A stretch of 64,000 nt of DNA from NCBI GenBank assembly GCA_964016885.1, contig OZ024740.1, forward strand, positions 156,178,001-156,242,000. Reading direction: 5' to 3'. The notes under the pieces are model-generated. The model saw nothing but the letters and a program-made list of their open reading frames with translations, was not told the DNA's origin and searched no databases. Positions 41,599 through 54,321 of this stretch are shown piece after piece. Both the position numbers and the translations under genes were made by a program. The DNA comes from Eledone cirrhosa. Taxonomy: Eukaryota. Position 1 is the stretch's first letter; each line of letters opens with the position of its first letter.

Positions 41599-42012
41599 TG
41601 TAGTGGAACTACGTCGTACCTCGCAATAGCAACATTTTCATATGCAATAAGGTTAAACTGACCAATGGTAAATCGCATATGAATACATGGTCACTCTCTC
41701 TCTCTCTGGTGAAAAACCAGAGTACAAGAGGAGACAAGGAGATGACTACGGAAGAGTAAAGAATTATAACAGAATGACTCCTACTATATTCCTTTCGACA
41801 ATAAGAATTATATTTATAGAGGATTGCGCGTTAAAGAGATATTTATTTATATCCTGGAAGTCAGAAGCATGTTACTACCAATAAGAAGCAACCAACTCAT
41901 CGACTAAGGTATTTCTCTTATATCGTTTGTAAAAATACAAAATCCTTAGAAGATTTTAACTTGCAGTTATAAAAAGATGTAGGTAACATTTAACTTCTCA
42001 TCCTTTCTATAC
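41599..42012 (+). repeat. 3' LTR
   Basis: Starts TGTAGTGG; direct repeat of the 5' LTR. Confidence 0.95.
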
Positions 42013-42700
42013 TATCATTAATGGTATCACTGGTTGTATTAGTGTCTATTTCGTTGGTAATGCAACTACTTGAGGATGGTATTATGGATAGAGAATTGTT
42101 AGATATTAGGTTAGCGTTAGATTAGTTGGTGTTGGGCTGCATTTTCAATGATATGACCAGTCGAGGAGATTATTACAGCCTGATGGTTGCTTGATATTTC
42201 ATTTAGTTGACCTAAGTTAGCGGGTATTTGGCTGGTTGTGGGTATGTAGTTAGTATTATTAGATGTGTTTATGTTTACACTGTGAGTAATACTTGGTGTA
42301 AGACTAGTTCCGTCTATTTGTATGTGGAGGGGGGGGGGTTATGGGTGAATTTTCTACTATCCTACATTTATAGAAATTCATTGCACTTATTTTTTGCTGC
42401 AGATTGGTTGATGTCATGAAAGAGAGTTTAACGGTAAAGCGGTTAAGGATTTGGTAATATTCGTGGTTAGGTGGGAAGTGCTTATCTAAAATCTTAAACA
42501 ATTTTTTAGGTTCCTGTCCCTTAGTTTGTATGTTGAAAGGTGCATTATACCATGTGATGTTTCTTTTACAACATCTATTACTAGTTTTATCTTTATTTTT
42601 ATAGTTATTCTCAGTTTGATGAGGTGTGTTGGTGTAATTAGAGGAGTTGGAGGGAATACTATATCTATTATTATTGCTTATATGGTGTAGAATAGGTTTG
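42013..42700 (-). mobile_element. AT-rich Penelope-like element, upstream part (RT-EN linker), separated by the Gypsy insertion
   Basis: RNITWYNAPF and KILDKHFPPNHEYYQILNRFTVKLSF linker motifs; same strand as the 36.4 kb GIY-YIG. Confidence 0.8.
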
Positions 42701-43448
42701 TGATTGGTATTTTCATGTGATTCAGGAGTATTATATTGTTGTCTAGCTGTCTGTATGATTCGCTATGATGGCATTATTTTGCAGTTCGAGCACTCCATTA
42801 TTCACGCAAAAAAAAAATTACTTTTTGAAGTTTGGGAAGAATGGTCACGTCAATGCTTCTACGTTGGCTCAATGAATTTGAAAATAGATATATAAATTCT
42901 TTGAAATAAATAAGTAAACAAATACATGTAAGGAAAAAATTATTATCATTTTTTTTTTACTTACAAACAACCGCAGGTTTAACTCTTGCTATTACTTCAG
43001 ATTTCTTATTGCTAGCGATAGATATGGTCTGGGTTTTACTTATGAAGATCCTTTGAAAGTTTTCTGCGGTAATAAGTGTCTGGTATTTCAATGTGACTGC
43101 GAACTTAAAAAATGAAAAGAAAAAGAAACAGTTGTAAACACCTATACTCATATATATATATATATATATATGAAAACAGGGAGAAAGAGACGATTATTAG
43201 GAAGTAAAATATATTTTTTTCCTTTTTTATTTCTCTCTCTCTTTTTACTGGGTTACAAAATGATTAAAACGAAATGTTTTACTTTGTGTGAAGTGTTAAG
43301 GTATTAGTTGATTTATTTATTATTTAACAATGGCATTTATTTATCTATTTATATATTTACATATAGGAAAGTAAAAAACAACACAGGAGTACAAGTAACG
43401 AAAGGTATTAGGTTCACGCTTATTGAGGGCGGGATGTGTGGGTGTGGA

Positions 43449-43482
43449 CGCGACGTTTCGGGCATAAGCCCTTCATCAGGAG
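43449..43482 (-). ncRNA. Minimal type I hammerhead ribozyme (Penelope pLTR)
   Basis: CTGATGA aGGGC ttat GCCC GAAAC GTC; palindromic ACGT stem III. Confidence 0.8.
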
Positions 43483-43795
43483 AGTGGTGGGAAGGAGGAA
43501 CTCCGTGAGGGAGTGAGGGAGTTAGTGGAAAAAAAAATAAAAATAAAATATGAGTTGGAAAATAAAGGTTAAAAACAAGTGGTGAAAAGATGTGAGTCGT
43601 GTAGAGGTGGTGGTGCGTGGGGGTGGATGGAGGAGGAAGGAGTGAGGAAAAAAGGGGACCGAGTGGGGAGGGCGGAAGGTGGGATGTGTGTGTAGGTGTG
43701 TGTGTGTGTATGCGTGTGGATGGAAAGGGGTAGGATGGGGTGGGGGAGAGCGTGCGGAATCCGGAGGCGGAGTGGGTGTATGTGAGGATACATAC

Positions 43796-43841
<46 letters not shown>

Positions 43842-43927
43842 AAAATTAAAATTAAGGTTGTCATGTCTGAGAGACATGCGCCATATCCACCGTAGAATAA
43901 GCTCAAAGATTAGATCCGAGCATTACA

Positions 43928-44283
43928 TATCAACTAGAAATAGATTGACATATATATAAAATAAATACATGAAACAATCACAGGGAATAATTTGTAAAGA
44001 ATGTAAGCACACATAGCTAGGTAGGTAACTAATTAAAGTTTAACTAGAACTTCAAATATATGATTTTAAAATTATTCCCTGTGATTGTTTCATGTATTTA
44101 TTTTATATATATATATTATTATTATTAATATTATTATTATTATTCTCTACATTCCTTATATCAAACTAAAATATGTTGACAATCTTTTAATAATGTCTTC
44201 CTTGTGAAGTTTGGGGTCTTGTTTTGCTTAACTAATGAATATATATTATTATATATATATGTCAATCTATTTCTAGTTGATAT
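43928..44283. repeat. Interrupted inverted repeat
   Basis: 43928-43993 pairs with 44069-44110 plus 44255-44283. Confidence 0.8.
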
Positions 44284-44316
44284 CGCGAACTAAAGCTTCG
44301 TTAATGCTGTACTAAA

Positions 44317-44357
<41 letters not shown>

Positions 44358-45574
44358 AGTGTGTGTGTGTGTTTGTGTGGTGTGGATACGTGGGAATGTA
44401 TGGTTTCGTATGTGCGAAAATGATGTAAGTGTTTGTGTGTGTTTATGTTCCAGAATAGTTTTCTGGTGTGTGTGTGTAGAATGATGGCGTGGATTCGGGT
44501 AGTAATCTTCGTTGATATCCGCGCGTGTAAACAAAGTGGTCCGTGGAAATGAGGAGGAGGAAGTAGAAAGTTGGGGAGGAGGGAGGGCAACAGGAAGTGG
44601 TCAAGAAGGTCAAGACAAGGGGTGGAGATGGCAGGGCGAAGTGTGCGGAAGGGAGGAGAAGAGCAGTGAAGATGGTACGAAGCTGTCAGACGAGTAGTAG
44701 TAGGCAGGTGTGTAAGGGTGGCCTGTATGTGTGCGTTGAATGTCTGTATGTGTGTGCGGAGGTGAGGTGGACGGAGAGGAGGTGGGTCGGTGTGAAAAGT
44801 TGAAGGAGAGGGTGGTGGTGTGTATATTAGTGGAGGTGTTAGTAGGAGGTGGTGTTGGTAGTACGGGGGATAGAGAGAGAGAGGCGGGAGAGAGAATGTG
44901 CTGGGTACTGTGTCTGAGTAAGTGTATATATACTGGTGTGTGTGCGTGTTTTTGGTATGTGAGTGTGGTAGGGTGGGTGTTAGTATTATTAGTGGTGGGT
45001 GGTCGAATATGGGTGTTGGGGTGGGGGTTATTGGTGGTATTATGGGTGTGTTGTAGGGTGTGTATGGGTGTGAGTGAGTGTATATATGCTGGTGTGTGTG
45101 CCTGTGTGCGTTGTAAGGGGGTAGGTGGGTTGAGGGTTAGTATTATTAGTAGTGGGGTGGTCGAATGTGGATGTGTGGGTGCGGGTTAGTGGTGGTAGTA
45201 GGGTGTGTACATACTGGTGTGTATGCGTGTTGAGGGTGTGGGTGCGTGTGTGGTAGGGAGAGTGGGGGTGGGGGTGTTAGTATTATTAGTGGTGGGGTGG
45301 ACCAAGGTGAGTGTGGGTGTGGCTGAAAGTGGAGGGGACTGTTAATGTTGGGAGTGTTTTAGTGGTGTTAGTATGGGGGAGGGGAGGTTGGTCGGAGGCT
45401 AAAGGAAGAGGGGGGGGGGTCTGTAATGTGAAGATGGAGCGTTGTTCGGCCCTAAGTCGGGCGTCGGGGGTCTCATGGCAGTCAATCAGGCCGCAGACGG
45501 TTAGGTTGCGAGCGGAGTGTCCGGCGGGGCCAAAGTGGCAGCGATGGGAGGAACTCCCGCCGAAACGAATGTCA

Positions 45575-46238
45575 CTATCTTCTCACTATCTTCCTGTTTC
45601 ATCTTTCATTTCTTATTCTATCTTCTGATGTGTGACATTGTCCGAAACGTAAATACACCTTTCGTACTATATCAAGCAGTACACTTCATTATACTGTGTT
45701 GTTTGCTTTGTTCTTTTCGTTTACGTTTTGCAAACATACATAAACACACACACACATATATATTATTTTTTCTCAAAACGGCTGATTGAATACTCAGCTG
45801 CTTTTTCTCAATTTGTTTTCGTTTCTTCCTCTTTTCACTCTTTATCTTTCTATTTCATCTTTTATTTTTCATTCTATCTTCTGATGAAGTCCGAAACATA
45901 AATACTTTGTCCTACTATATCAAGCGCTAAACTAATATATTACTTTATTGCATTGTATTATTTATTTGTTGTTTACGTTTACGTTTTGCATACATACATA
46001 TTATTTTCCCGCCAAATGGCTGACTGAACACACACGTGCTTTTTCTCAAAAATGTTTTCCGTTCCATTCTATTCTCGCTCTCTATCTTTCTAGTTCATCT
46101 TTTACTTTTTTAATCTATCTTCTGATGAAAGACTAGTTTCCGAAACGCAAAGACTCTTTTCCTACTATACCAAGCATTAAACTAATATATTCCTTCATTG
46201 TACTGTGTTGTTTGCTTTGTTGTTTCCGTTTTCTTTTT

Positions 46239-46242
<4 letters not shown>
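45575..46242 (+). repeat. Three ~250-bp tandem units, each with a hammerhead core (retrozyme/pLTR-like array)
   Basis: tcttCTGATG(A/T)..ccGAAAc at 45625, 45881 and 46122, each followed by ctata(t/c)caagc and tgtt(g/a)ttt motifs. Confidence 0.8.
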
Positions 46243-46307
<65 letters not shown>

Positions 46308-46310
<3 letters not shown>

Positions 46311-48540
46311 AACAGGTCACGGGGGTAGCCATAGGCACAAGAATGGGCCCAAACTATGCCAACCTTTTCGTTGGCCATGTTGAGGCACAAATCTTTGCCC
46401 AGTACACCGGCCCCACGCCCGAACTGTATGGTCGTTACATCGACGACTGTATCGGAGCCACGACCCTCACCCGAGAACACCTCGACTCCTTTCTCTCCTT
46501 CTTCTGCTCCTTCCACCCCTCCCTCCACTTCACCACCTCTATCTCCACCACCCACGTCCACTTCTTAGACATCTCTGTCGCCTTCGACCCCTCCCACCAC
46601 TCTCTCGTCACCTCCGCCTTCTTCAAACCCACCGACTCCCACTCCTACCTCGACTTTACCTCCTCCCACCCTACACACACTAAACATTCCATTCCCTACT
46701 CCCAACTCCTGAGGATCCGCCGCCTCTGCAGCCGAGATGCTGACTTTGAGTCCCAGGCCCTTTCCCTAGTCAACCATTTCATCCGCAGAGACCCCCCTCC
46801 CTCGTCCACACCGCCCTCACTCGCGCCCGTGCTGTCCACCGCTCCACCACCCTCACCCCACGCCACCGTACACCCACCCACCGTCTCCCCTTCCCCTTCC
46901 CCATCACCTACCACCCTCTTCCGACGCCTCCAGTCCGACCCCTCCACCTCCCACATCTTTCCAGCCCCACCACTCTCCTTCAAACGCGCACGCAATCTCC
47001 GCACCCTCCTCGTCCTCAGCTCCCTACCCCCCCGGTTCCCTTCCCTGTTCCAGGCCTCGTGCAACACCTGTCCCCACATCATCAACACCACCACCTTCCA
47101 GGGTCCCAACGGCCACTCTCTCTCTGTCCGGCACGCCTTCCGCTGCACCTCCTCCAACCTAGTCTATGGACTTCGCTGCACGGAGTGTAGCGCAATCTAC
47201 GTCGGACAGACTGGACGTCGCCTGGCGGACCGTTTTACCGAACACCTCCCGGATATTCGTCTCGGAGGTAGTTCCCCCATCGCCTGCCACTTTGGCTCCC
47301 CTGGACATTCTACGCACCACCCCACAGTCTGTGGCCTACTCCAATGCCACGGAACACCCGCCTCAGGGTCGAACAACGCACCATCTTCACCCTAAAGACC
47401 CACACTCCACCCGGCCTGAACTCCCCACCACCCCTATTTCTTTAGCCTTCGACCGCCCTGTTCCTCCCCCCATACACATATCCCCCAATAACACCACTAA
47501 CACAACTAACAATACTAACACCCCACCCCACCACCGATCACCCTCCCCAACTAACAATACTAACATCCCTCCGCCCTCCCCCTCCCGCTATCACGCACAC
47601 ACCCACCGGTTCATATATACACGCACTCACACAAACCATACACCCTACTACCACCACTAACCCTCACCCACACATCCACTCCCACCACCCCACAACTAAT
47701 ACCACTAACATCCCCCCGACCCCACGCACACGAACACACCCACCCAACACCCACTGACCACCACTAACACACCCGCATTCAACCCTTTCCCCACACCAGT
47801 ATACTAACACCCATTAACACCCCCTTCACCACACACACACTCATCCAAACACACACACACACACACCAGTACACTACACTCCCTCCACCTTCCCCCACAC
47901 CTTTCTCTCCCTTTCCCTGCTCCACCCACACCCTTTCACACACACACACACACATCCCACTAACACCTCTACTAATACACACACCCTCCCCCGCACAACT
48001 CCCTACCCACTCCACCTTTCACATCTACCCATCCACTGCACCTCCGCACACACTGACACACCGACTTTCTCCACCTGCCATTCTCCTCTACTGCTGCTAT
48101 GCCCTGACCCTCTGACCACCTCTCCGCACAGACACACAGACCTCTCCACCCGTTCTTCTCCTCTACCCTCCTCCTGCCTTGACCCTCTGACCACTTCCTG
48201 TTGCGCGCGCACCCCACATCTCCTCTCTTCCGACCAACCCAACCCAACCACGGATTACACACATTGGACATCGCTCCCACCAATCAACTCCATCACAAGG
48301 AAAATATCCGGCAACTCACCACACCCTCTACGGAACTACCTTAGGAACTTACCCACGGACATACACTCACAAAAAATGTTTTCCCACACGCCACCTACAT
48401 CCACAATACGTGTAAACACTACACACACGTGCGTACCCCCACATATTTACACACTCAGCCTCCGGAATCCTCTCCCCCCTCCTCCACTCGCCACCACCCC
48501 TACACGCCCCACATTCTTCTACCACTTGTTTATCTTCATG
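46308..48540 (+). mobile_element. GC-rich Penelope-like element (5'-truncated RT, GIY-YIG, C/A-rich 3' region)
   Basis: GVAIGTRMGPNYANLF, RYIDD, FLDI, KPTDSHSYL..SSHP, CTSSNLVYGLRCTEC..YVGQTGRRLADRFTEH (46308-47395). Confidence 0.93.
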
Positions 48541-49017
48541 TTTATTTATATATATGTTTATTTATATATATTTCTAATATGAGTTACGAAGGGTTTTCAT
48601 TTTGCATTTTACATAAAAAAACATGTTATTCAAGTTGTAAGAGGAGAACAATTTGTAGATTCGAATATTTTGTTCCAACATTGAAAATGTTTTCAGAATA
48701 TTGTTAATTTAGCGAAGTTATATAGTTTATCGTACATATTATTATAATATGTTTATGTTTGCACAATTGAAAAGGGAAAGATAACTAAAATCTTGTTTGT
48801 TAACCGTTAAATTTGATGAATCATTTACTCAGAAAATTATATATTATTTTGTGTGAGCTTAATTATTTTAGTCGAAAGATGTGTAAATAGTTGCTCTTTT
48901 TATAGATATATAGTTGTTTATTACCCATTCTTTCTAACATATCATATATGTAAATACCACAGATTTGGGACTTATATCATTCTCTGCTATCTTTCATTCA
49001 TATAGTCATTTCTTTTG

Positions 49018-49125
49018 CCCGCCGAAGTTAACTTTGCCTTTCATCCTTACAGGGGTTGATAAAATAAAGAACCAGTAATGTACTGGGTAATTGCTGGCCT
49101 TGTGCCAAACGTAGAAACAATTATT
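49018..49125 (+). mobile_element. 5'-truncated SINE
   Basis: Core and tail present. Confidence 0.85.
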
Positions 49126-49221
49126 TCTTTTTGCTTGTTTGTTTGTTTCTTTCTTACTTTTTCTATCTATCTATCCTTTTTCTTTTTTCTTAATTTCTTT
49201 CTTTCTTTCTTTCTTACTTTT

Positions 49222-49298
<77 letters not shown>

Positions 49299-49310
49299 TT
49301 ATCCATTCAT
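49126..49310. repeat. (TTTC)n/(TATC)n microsatellite
   Basis: Directly visible. Confidence 0.95.
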
Positions 49311-50855
49311 CCCGATCGAACCAGGACTGCGGAAAGCAGCGTCCGCCTATGCCGACGACATAACCGTAATGGTGTCGAAAACTTCGGACATCGGGGTAAT
49401 CGGCAACCTATTACAGGAATACGAAACGTTGACAGGAGCAAGACTAAATCCAAACAAGTCTGTCAGTTTGCAACTCGGCACATGGAGAGGCAAACCCATG
49501 CCTTCTGACCGTATCGTTGGACGCTGGACGGAAGGACCGGTGACATTGCTCGGGGCCTGGTTTGGTCCAGACCTCCAGGTGGACAAGAATTGGAACGAGG
49601 TCACGGCGAAGGTGTTTGCACTTACCTAGAAGTGGGCTGAGTGCAAACTCTCCTTCAAAGGTCAAGAGGAGGTGGCGAACACTTACATAGCGTCCGTCAT
49701 CTACTACAGCTTGACAGTCGTGCCTTGTCTCCACGAATACCTCACCCAAATGGAACGCCTACTCTTCAAGTTCCTCTGGAAGAAACAGGCTCCATTGGTG
49801 AGGAGATCCATCTGCTGTCAACACCCTTCTAGCGGAGGGCTGGGTCAAGCGAAGACCGAAAACGGGCACCGGGCACCTCGAGCGCCTTTAGGCGCTCACA
49901 GCCCTCTACCAAACGGAAACGGCAATCAGCGGAGACTCCACTTCGACATTCTATAGGGGATTAGTGGAGGATAAGTGCGACGATGTTCTCGAGGAAACTC
50001 TAGGCATCGAGGAAGACGAACTGACCAGTCTGTTCGGGAGGACTTTCCGTCCAGGGCATATGGATAACTTCCAGAGGTCTCTGGTCTGGCAGTGCTACCG
50101 AGGAGCTCTACCAGTTCGAGACAAAATATACAGGCACGGACGCCCTGGCAGAGATCCTGCCAAAAAGACCTGTCCAAGATGCGAGCAGGACATCGAAAGC
50201 GTTCTGCACGCAATTGTTCAGTGCCCAGGGGTGACCGACCTGTGGAATTGTGTCGAACAGCTACTGTCACGTGTAGGACGCATCCAGTTATCAACCGAGT
50301 CCATCGTGAGGATCACCCCGCCGCCTTCATTTAAGAATGAAGGAGAGGCGGTCTTCCTCTGTCTGGTGGCTATGGCCAAAGAGGTAATATGGTGGACGAG
50401 GTTAAAAGGATTGAGGGCAAGCACCTTTCTCTCCGGACAACAACTCATCCCCTTTTTTAAGTACCACTTCAGAAGGAAGGTAAGAGTGGAGAGAGAGGTG
50501 CTACACCCCAGTAAATTCACTGAAAGGTGGGTGAATGTGGCGAAAATGGCCCGAGTAAATGGGCCTTCTCTGTATATAAACCTGTAGGTTGAGGAAGATA
50601 AACAGAGGGAAGAGGGGAACACCTACAAAACGTTCCTGGTGTTTAGGGTTGTTCTATCCACGGTGTGTAAAACAACCCCGCAGTAGCGTTACCCCCCCCC
50701 CACCTAATGGGGATTTCAATTGTTTTATTTTTATATAGTTTATTGTTATTTATCATTGTTAAAGATTTTATGTAAAACCCCCACCGTCACGTCTTGTAAT
50801 GTCACCTTTTTGTGCGCCTCTGTGACAAATAAAGAAAGATATTTATCTATCTATC
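49311..50855 (+). mobile_element. Tx1 copy F, 5'-truncated (RT C-terminus to 3' end), divergent subfamily
   Basis: AYADD..GRWTEGPV..CPRC..ESVLH..C, stop at 50587, AATAAA at 50828, then (TATC)n. Confidence 0.92.
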
Positions 50856-51076
50856 TTGTTTCTTTTTTCCTTCTTTCTTAATTTCTTTTTTTCTTTTTTA
50901 ATTTCTTTCTTTATTTTTTATTTTTTCCGTATATCTATCTATCCATTCATCCTATCTTTTTTCTTTTTTCCTTCTTTCTTAATTTCTTTCGTGTTCTTTC
51001 CCATATCCTTTCTCCCTTTCTCTCCCCTACCTTAATCCCACGTGTCAATATGTCAACATACAAATACTTTACTTAC

Positions 51077-51258
51077 CAGATGTCGCCGAGCAGGTCCACC
51101 CTTATAGCAATAAATGCACTTGCAGCCGTTGCATGCCAGCTTGTAGAAGTCACTGTACTCATTCCACGTGGTTATAGAACATTCATTGGAAGAACAGTTG
51201 ATATTTATGATTATACAGTTCATATCAATATTAAGCGTACTCCGTTGACAGCATGTTG
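51077..51258 (-). CDS. Candidate host exon, Cys-rich (TCCQRS..NCSSNECS..ACNGCKCIYC)
   Basis: ttttcaacAG acceptor, GTAAGT donor, single open frame of 60 codons. Confidence 0.45.
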
Positions 51259-51414
51259 CTGTTGAAAAATAAAATACGATGACAAGAGAGACTTATTCGG
51301 AATATTATTAGTACTTGTTTCGAAGTACACGCAATGCATACACATATACAAATATGTAAAGTACATATCTATCTATCTATCGTTGTTAATTTTCCTAGGT
51401 TTATTACACACACT

Positions 51415-51467
<53 letters not shown>

Positions 51468-51977
51468 CCTTCAATACATGTGAAGGTTGGATTCAAATAA
51501 TTTCTTTTATTGTTGCATGATATGTATTTTTGTAGCCAACTAATTACGTAAACAGATATGGAACAATACAATCGGCGATGTCATCAGCTGGTATGAACAT
51601 AATAGACATAGCTAAGCAATTATTACTGAGACACATCAAAAATAAAGACAAAAAAAAAAATAATGATACGGAAGAAGCCGAACTAGTGTTGTTATCGCTT
51701 GGACGGGTTGCCACAGAAATACGTATTATGCAACAATAAAATAAGTTATTGGAATCTGACCTTCACATGTTTTTCATTGAAGTATTTAACTCCGTTCCTG
51801 TGCCAGCCACTGTTACCACATCTATGATTGAAGATACACATGTCATTGGGTTTTTTATTTGCTTATTACACCACGGTCTGCTAATCGGCATGATAGGATC
51901 ACAAACCCTGCTACCTACTATTAAATAATAAAACTTAAAGAATACACACACATACACACACACACATATATGTGGGA

Positions 51978-52030
51978 GGGACCGTTCTGACGAAGGCCAG
52001 TCAAGCCTGAAATGCATAGACGGTTGTCCC
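51978..52030 (+). ncRNA. Type I hammerhead ribozyme
   Basis: gggac-cgtt CTGACGA aggc..gcct GAAA tgca TA gacgg-tt-gtccc; stems I and II pair and the core is intact. Confidence 0.75.
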
Positions 52031-52432
52031 CCTTGCTTCTGCTGGACACCACCAGAGGGCGTTAGCCCCCCCCCCCGGTGTTTGCATAGCTACGGCTTCT
52101 TAAAACCGCATTTCTTTAGAAATACGAAATTTCTATACATATTGTATAAAGCTATGCTTGAAGCGAAATCTTATTTCTTTTATATATATATATATATTCA
52201 CAGCACTTAGATTATCAAAGTAAAGGATTTTAACATAGTCCCAAGCACATGAACTTTGATTAAATGAGCCCCATTATTAAACTGCTATTTATTTCATGGA
52301 CACAGGAATCATGAAATACAAAATGGTCCACGATGGTGTTTAAAATCAGAACATCAAAGAACTTAACTGTAAATCGCAAAGCATTTTGCCACCCACCGCC
52401 TGTTTTGTTAAAGATATTAACGCATATTGCAC

Positions 52433-52760
52433 GGACGCAGCATAGCTGAGTGGTTCAGAAGTTCAGTTTGCAGACTCTATTCCAGCGCATGACATCGTGG
52501 TCAAGTGTCTGTTACCATAAGCTTGGATCGAGTTCAATTGTGTTGACGAAATTGGGTCGACGAAATTAGTCTGGAAGCCTATAAGATGGACTGTTCTTGT
52601 AATTCTTAGGGCCAGACACGCCACACACTGAATTTCTCTGTTTGTGGAATACTCAACATAATGACACATGCCCGATATGTTGTTCGAGAGAATGTATAGC
52701 ACCTACAAATATTCTAAGATAAGAGAAAAGATCATTGCTGCTATTCACATCGATAACGTC
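52433..52760 (+). mobile_element. Old SINE-like repeat, second family
   Basis: tRNA-like TAGCTGAGTGGT head; body similar to 55700-55960. Confidence 0.5.
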
Positions 52761-54105
52761 TCGGAGATGTAGTTCTGTATACAATATGGCCAACACCCTA
52801 ACAATGAGGCGAATACATAAAGTAAGAATCGGAGGCAAGAATACATGTGGTGATCTGCATCGGCAAAAGTTAATCTATAAAAATTTATTGAAGAAAAATG
52901 AATTAATTTGTCTTGAAGATGAAAAAAACGTTTCAACGTTTCCGTCACTTTTCCTTTTTCGGAGAGAAAATATAACACTAGTGCTGGGACTCCAATACTT
53001 TTATTTTTGAACCTTTACGCAAATAAATAGTTTCCTTTGAGAATGAGAATGACAGCTTTAGTATTTTATTACCTCCTGTGATATGGTTTATCTTAGTACT
53101 CTGATTTCCACCCTATTTTAGTGCTTTGAAGTTGTTGTATTACTCTACATACTTGAAACATTTTTTACGTCGTTATCACTGACTTAAAAATAAGGCAGTA
53201 ATTATGTTGTAGTAAAACCATCTAAGTATTCATTGCCTAAATAAGGTGGTTACCCATGATATTATAAAATTATATGATAATACATTTAATCCATACGAAC
53301 GAAATAAGCGCTTGATAAAAAGACACTTTTGATAGGTCAGTCTAGCAACAATGTTATTCAATAGACATATTCGCTTCAGAAATCTAATGTTTCTCTTCCA
53401 TACTTTGCCAGTGAGCCCTTATTTTGAAGCGAAGGTATACGAGATAATATATTTTGTATGCTCTATCGTTTTCCTAGCAGCTATTTCAACGATATATCAT
53501 CATAGTCTTCTCATTTAATAATATATCCGGATAAAGTTTATTATTTACAGAACGGGATTGTCAGGATATGTATATAAAATTAATACACATTAGACATAAA
53601 TGTGACAACTTCATATTTCTTTTACTAAAACTCTTTCTAATGCTAAACAAATCATGCGTATATGAAGTTTAACTCTTCTTTTAATCCCATATTCAAGATA
53701 AAAGAGCAATGCCAATAACCGTTTTCAGTAACCTAAGATTTGTGGGAGGGAAGAAGTTATCCTCAAGCAGGATATCTGACCTGAATGCTTGCAACAAACA
53801 CACAAAGGTCAAATCGTGGTTTTAAGCAGGACAATGGATTAAATCTTTTATGCAAGTGGACTATGGCGTAACTTGAACTAAGAACGCAAGAATCCTTGCC
53901 TGGCACTTTATTTATATACCCTAGATAAACAAAAGAAAAAGTTGATCTCGACAGAATTTGAATTGAAAAGGCAAGGAGCCGGAATAAATGCTTTACGGCA
54001 TTTTGTGTAAAACTACCGATTCTGCTAATTCGCCGACTACATTGTTCTGAAAATATGTAAAATTAATAACAAATACCATTAAAATTATGTAAATGTTTAT
54101 CATAC

Positions 54106-54321
54106 CTGGAGGTGGTTTGGTATATGTCTTTTTAGATGATTGGTAACTTACGTTCCATAATATTGTATTATTTGTCAGCGGAAGTGTATAAACTATTGGA
54201 AAATTTGATACACTTTTGAATAAAGTTATATCTAAATTGGCATTCTTCAATGTCACTAGAGTAGACACGTTTGTAATGTTTGTAGTAAACAGTGATTCAC
54301 AGCCATACTGTGTGTAATGAA
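54106..54321 (-). CDS. Candidate host exon (phase 1-1, several N-glycosylation sequons)
   Basis: tattttcAG..CCAG|GTATGA; 216 nt open: HYTQYGCESLFTTNITNVST..NNTILWNVSYQ..KPPP. Confidence 0.45.

Larger units (their letters stand above)
36946..42012 (+). mobile_element. Gypsy/Ty3 LTR retrotransposon (Mag-like), structurally complete, decayed
   Basis: ~410-bp LTRs at 36946-37356 and 41599-42012, PBS, PPT and gag-pol remnants. Confidence 0.96.
43360..45570 (-). mobile_element. GC-rich Penelope-like 3' end/pLTR, interrupted at ~43800-44355
   Basis: 45400-45570 is homologous (inverted) to 47260-47460, and 43740-43800 to 48420-48480; ends in a hammerhead. Confidence 0.75.

Noticed and set aside
45575-46242. 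CRISPR-like array
   Set aside because: Whole units are homologous, with no unique spacers and no cas genes; eukaryotic context.
51763-51765. TGA as selenocysteine in a candidate exon
   Set aside because: No SECIS or homology evidence; a frameshift or non-coding status is simpler.
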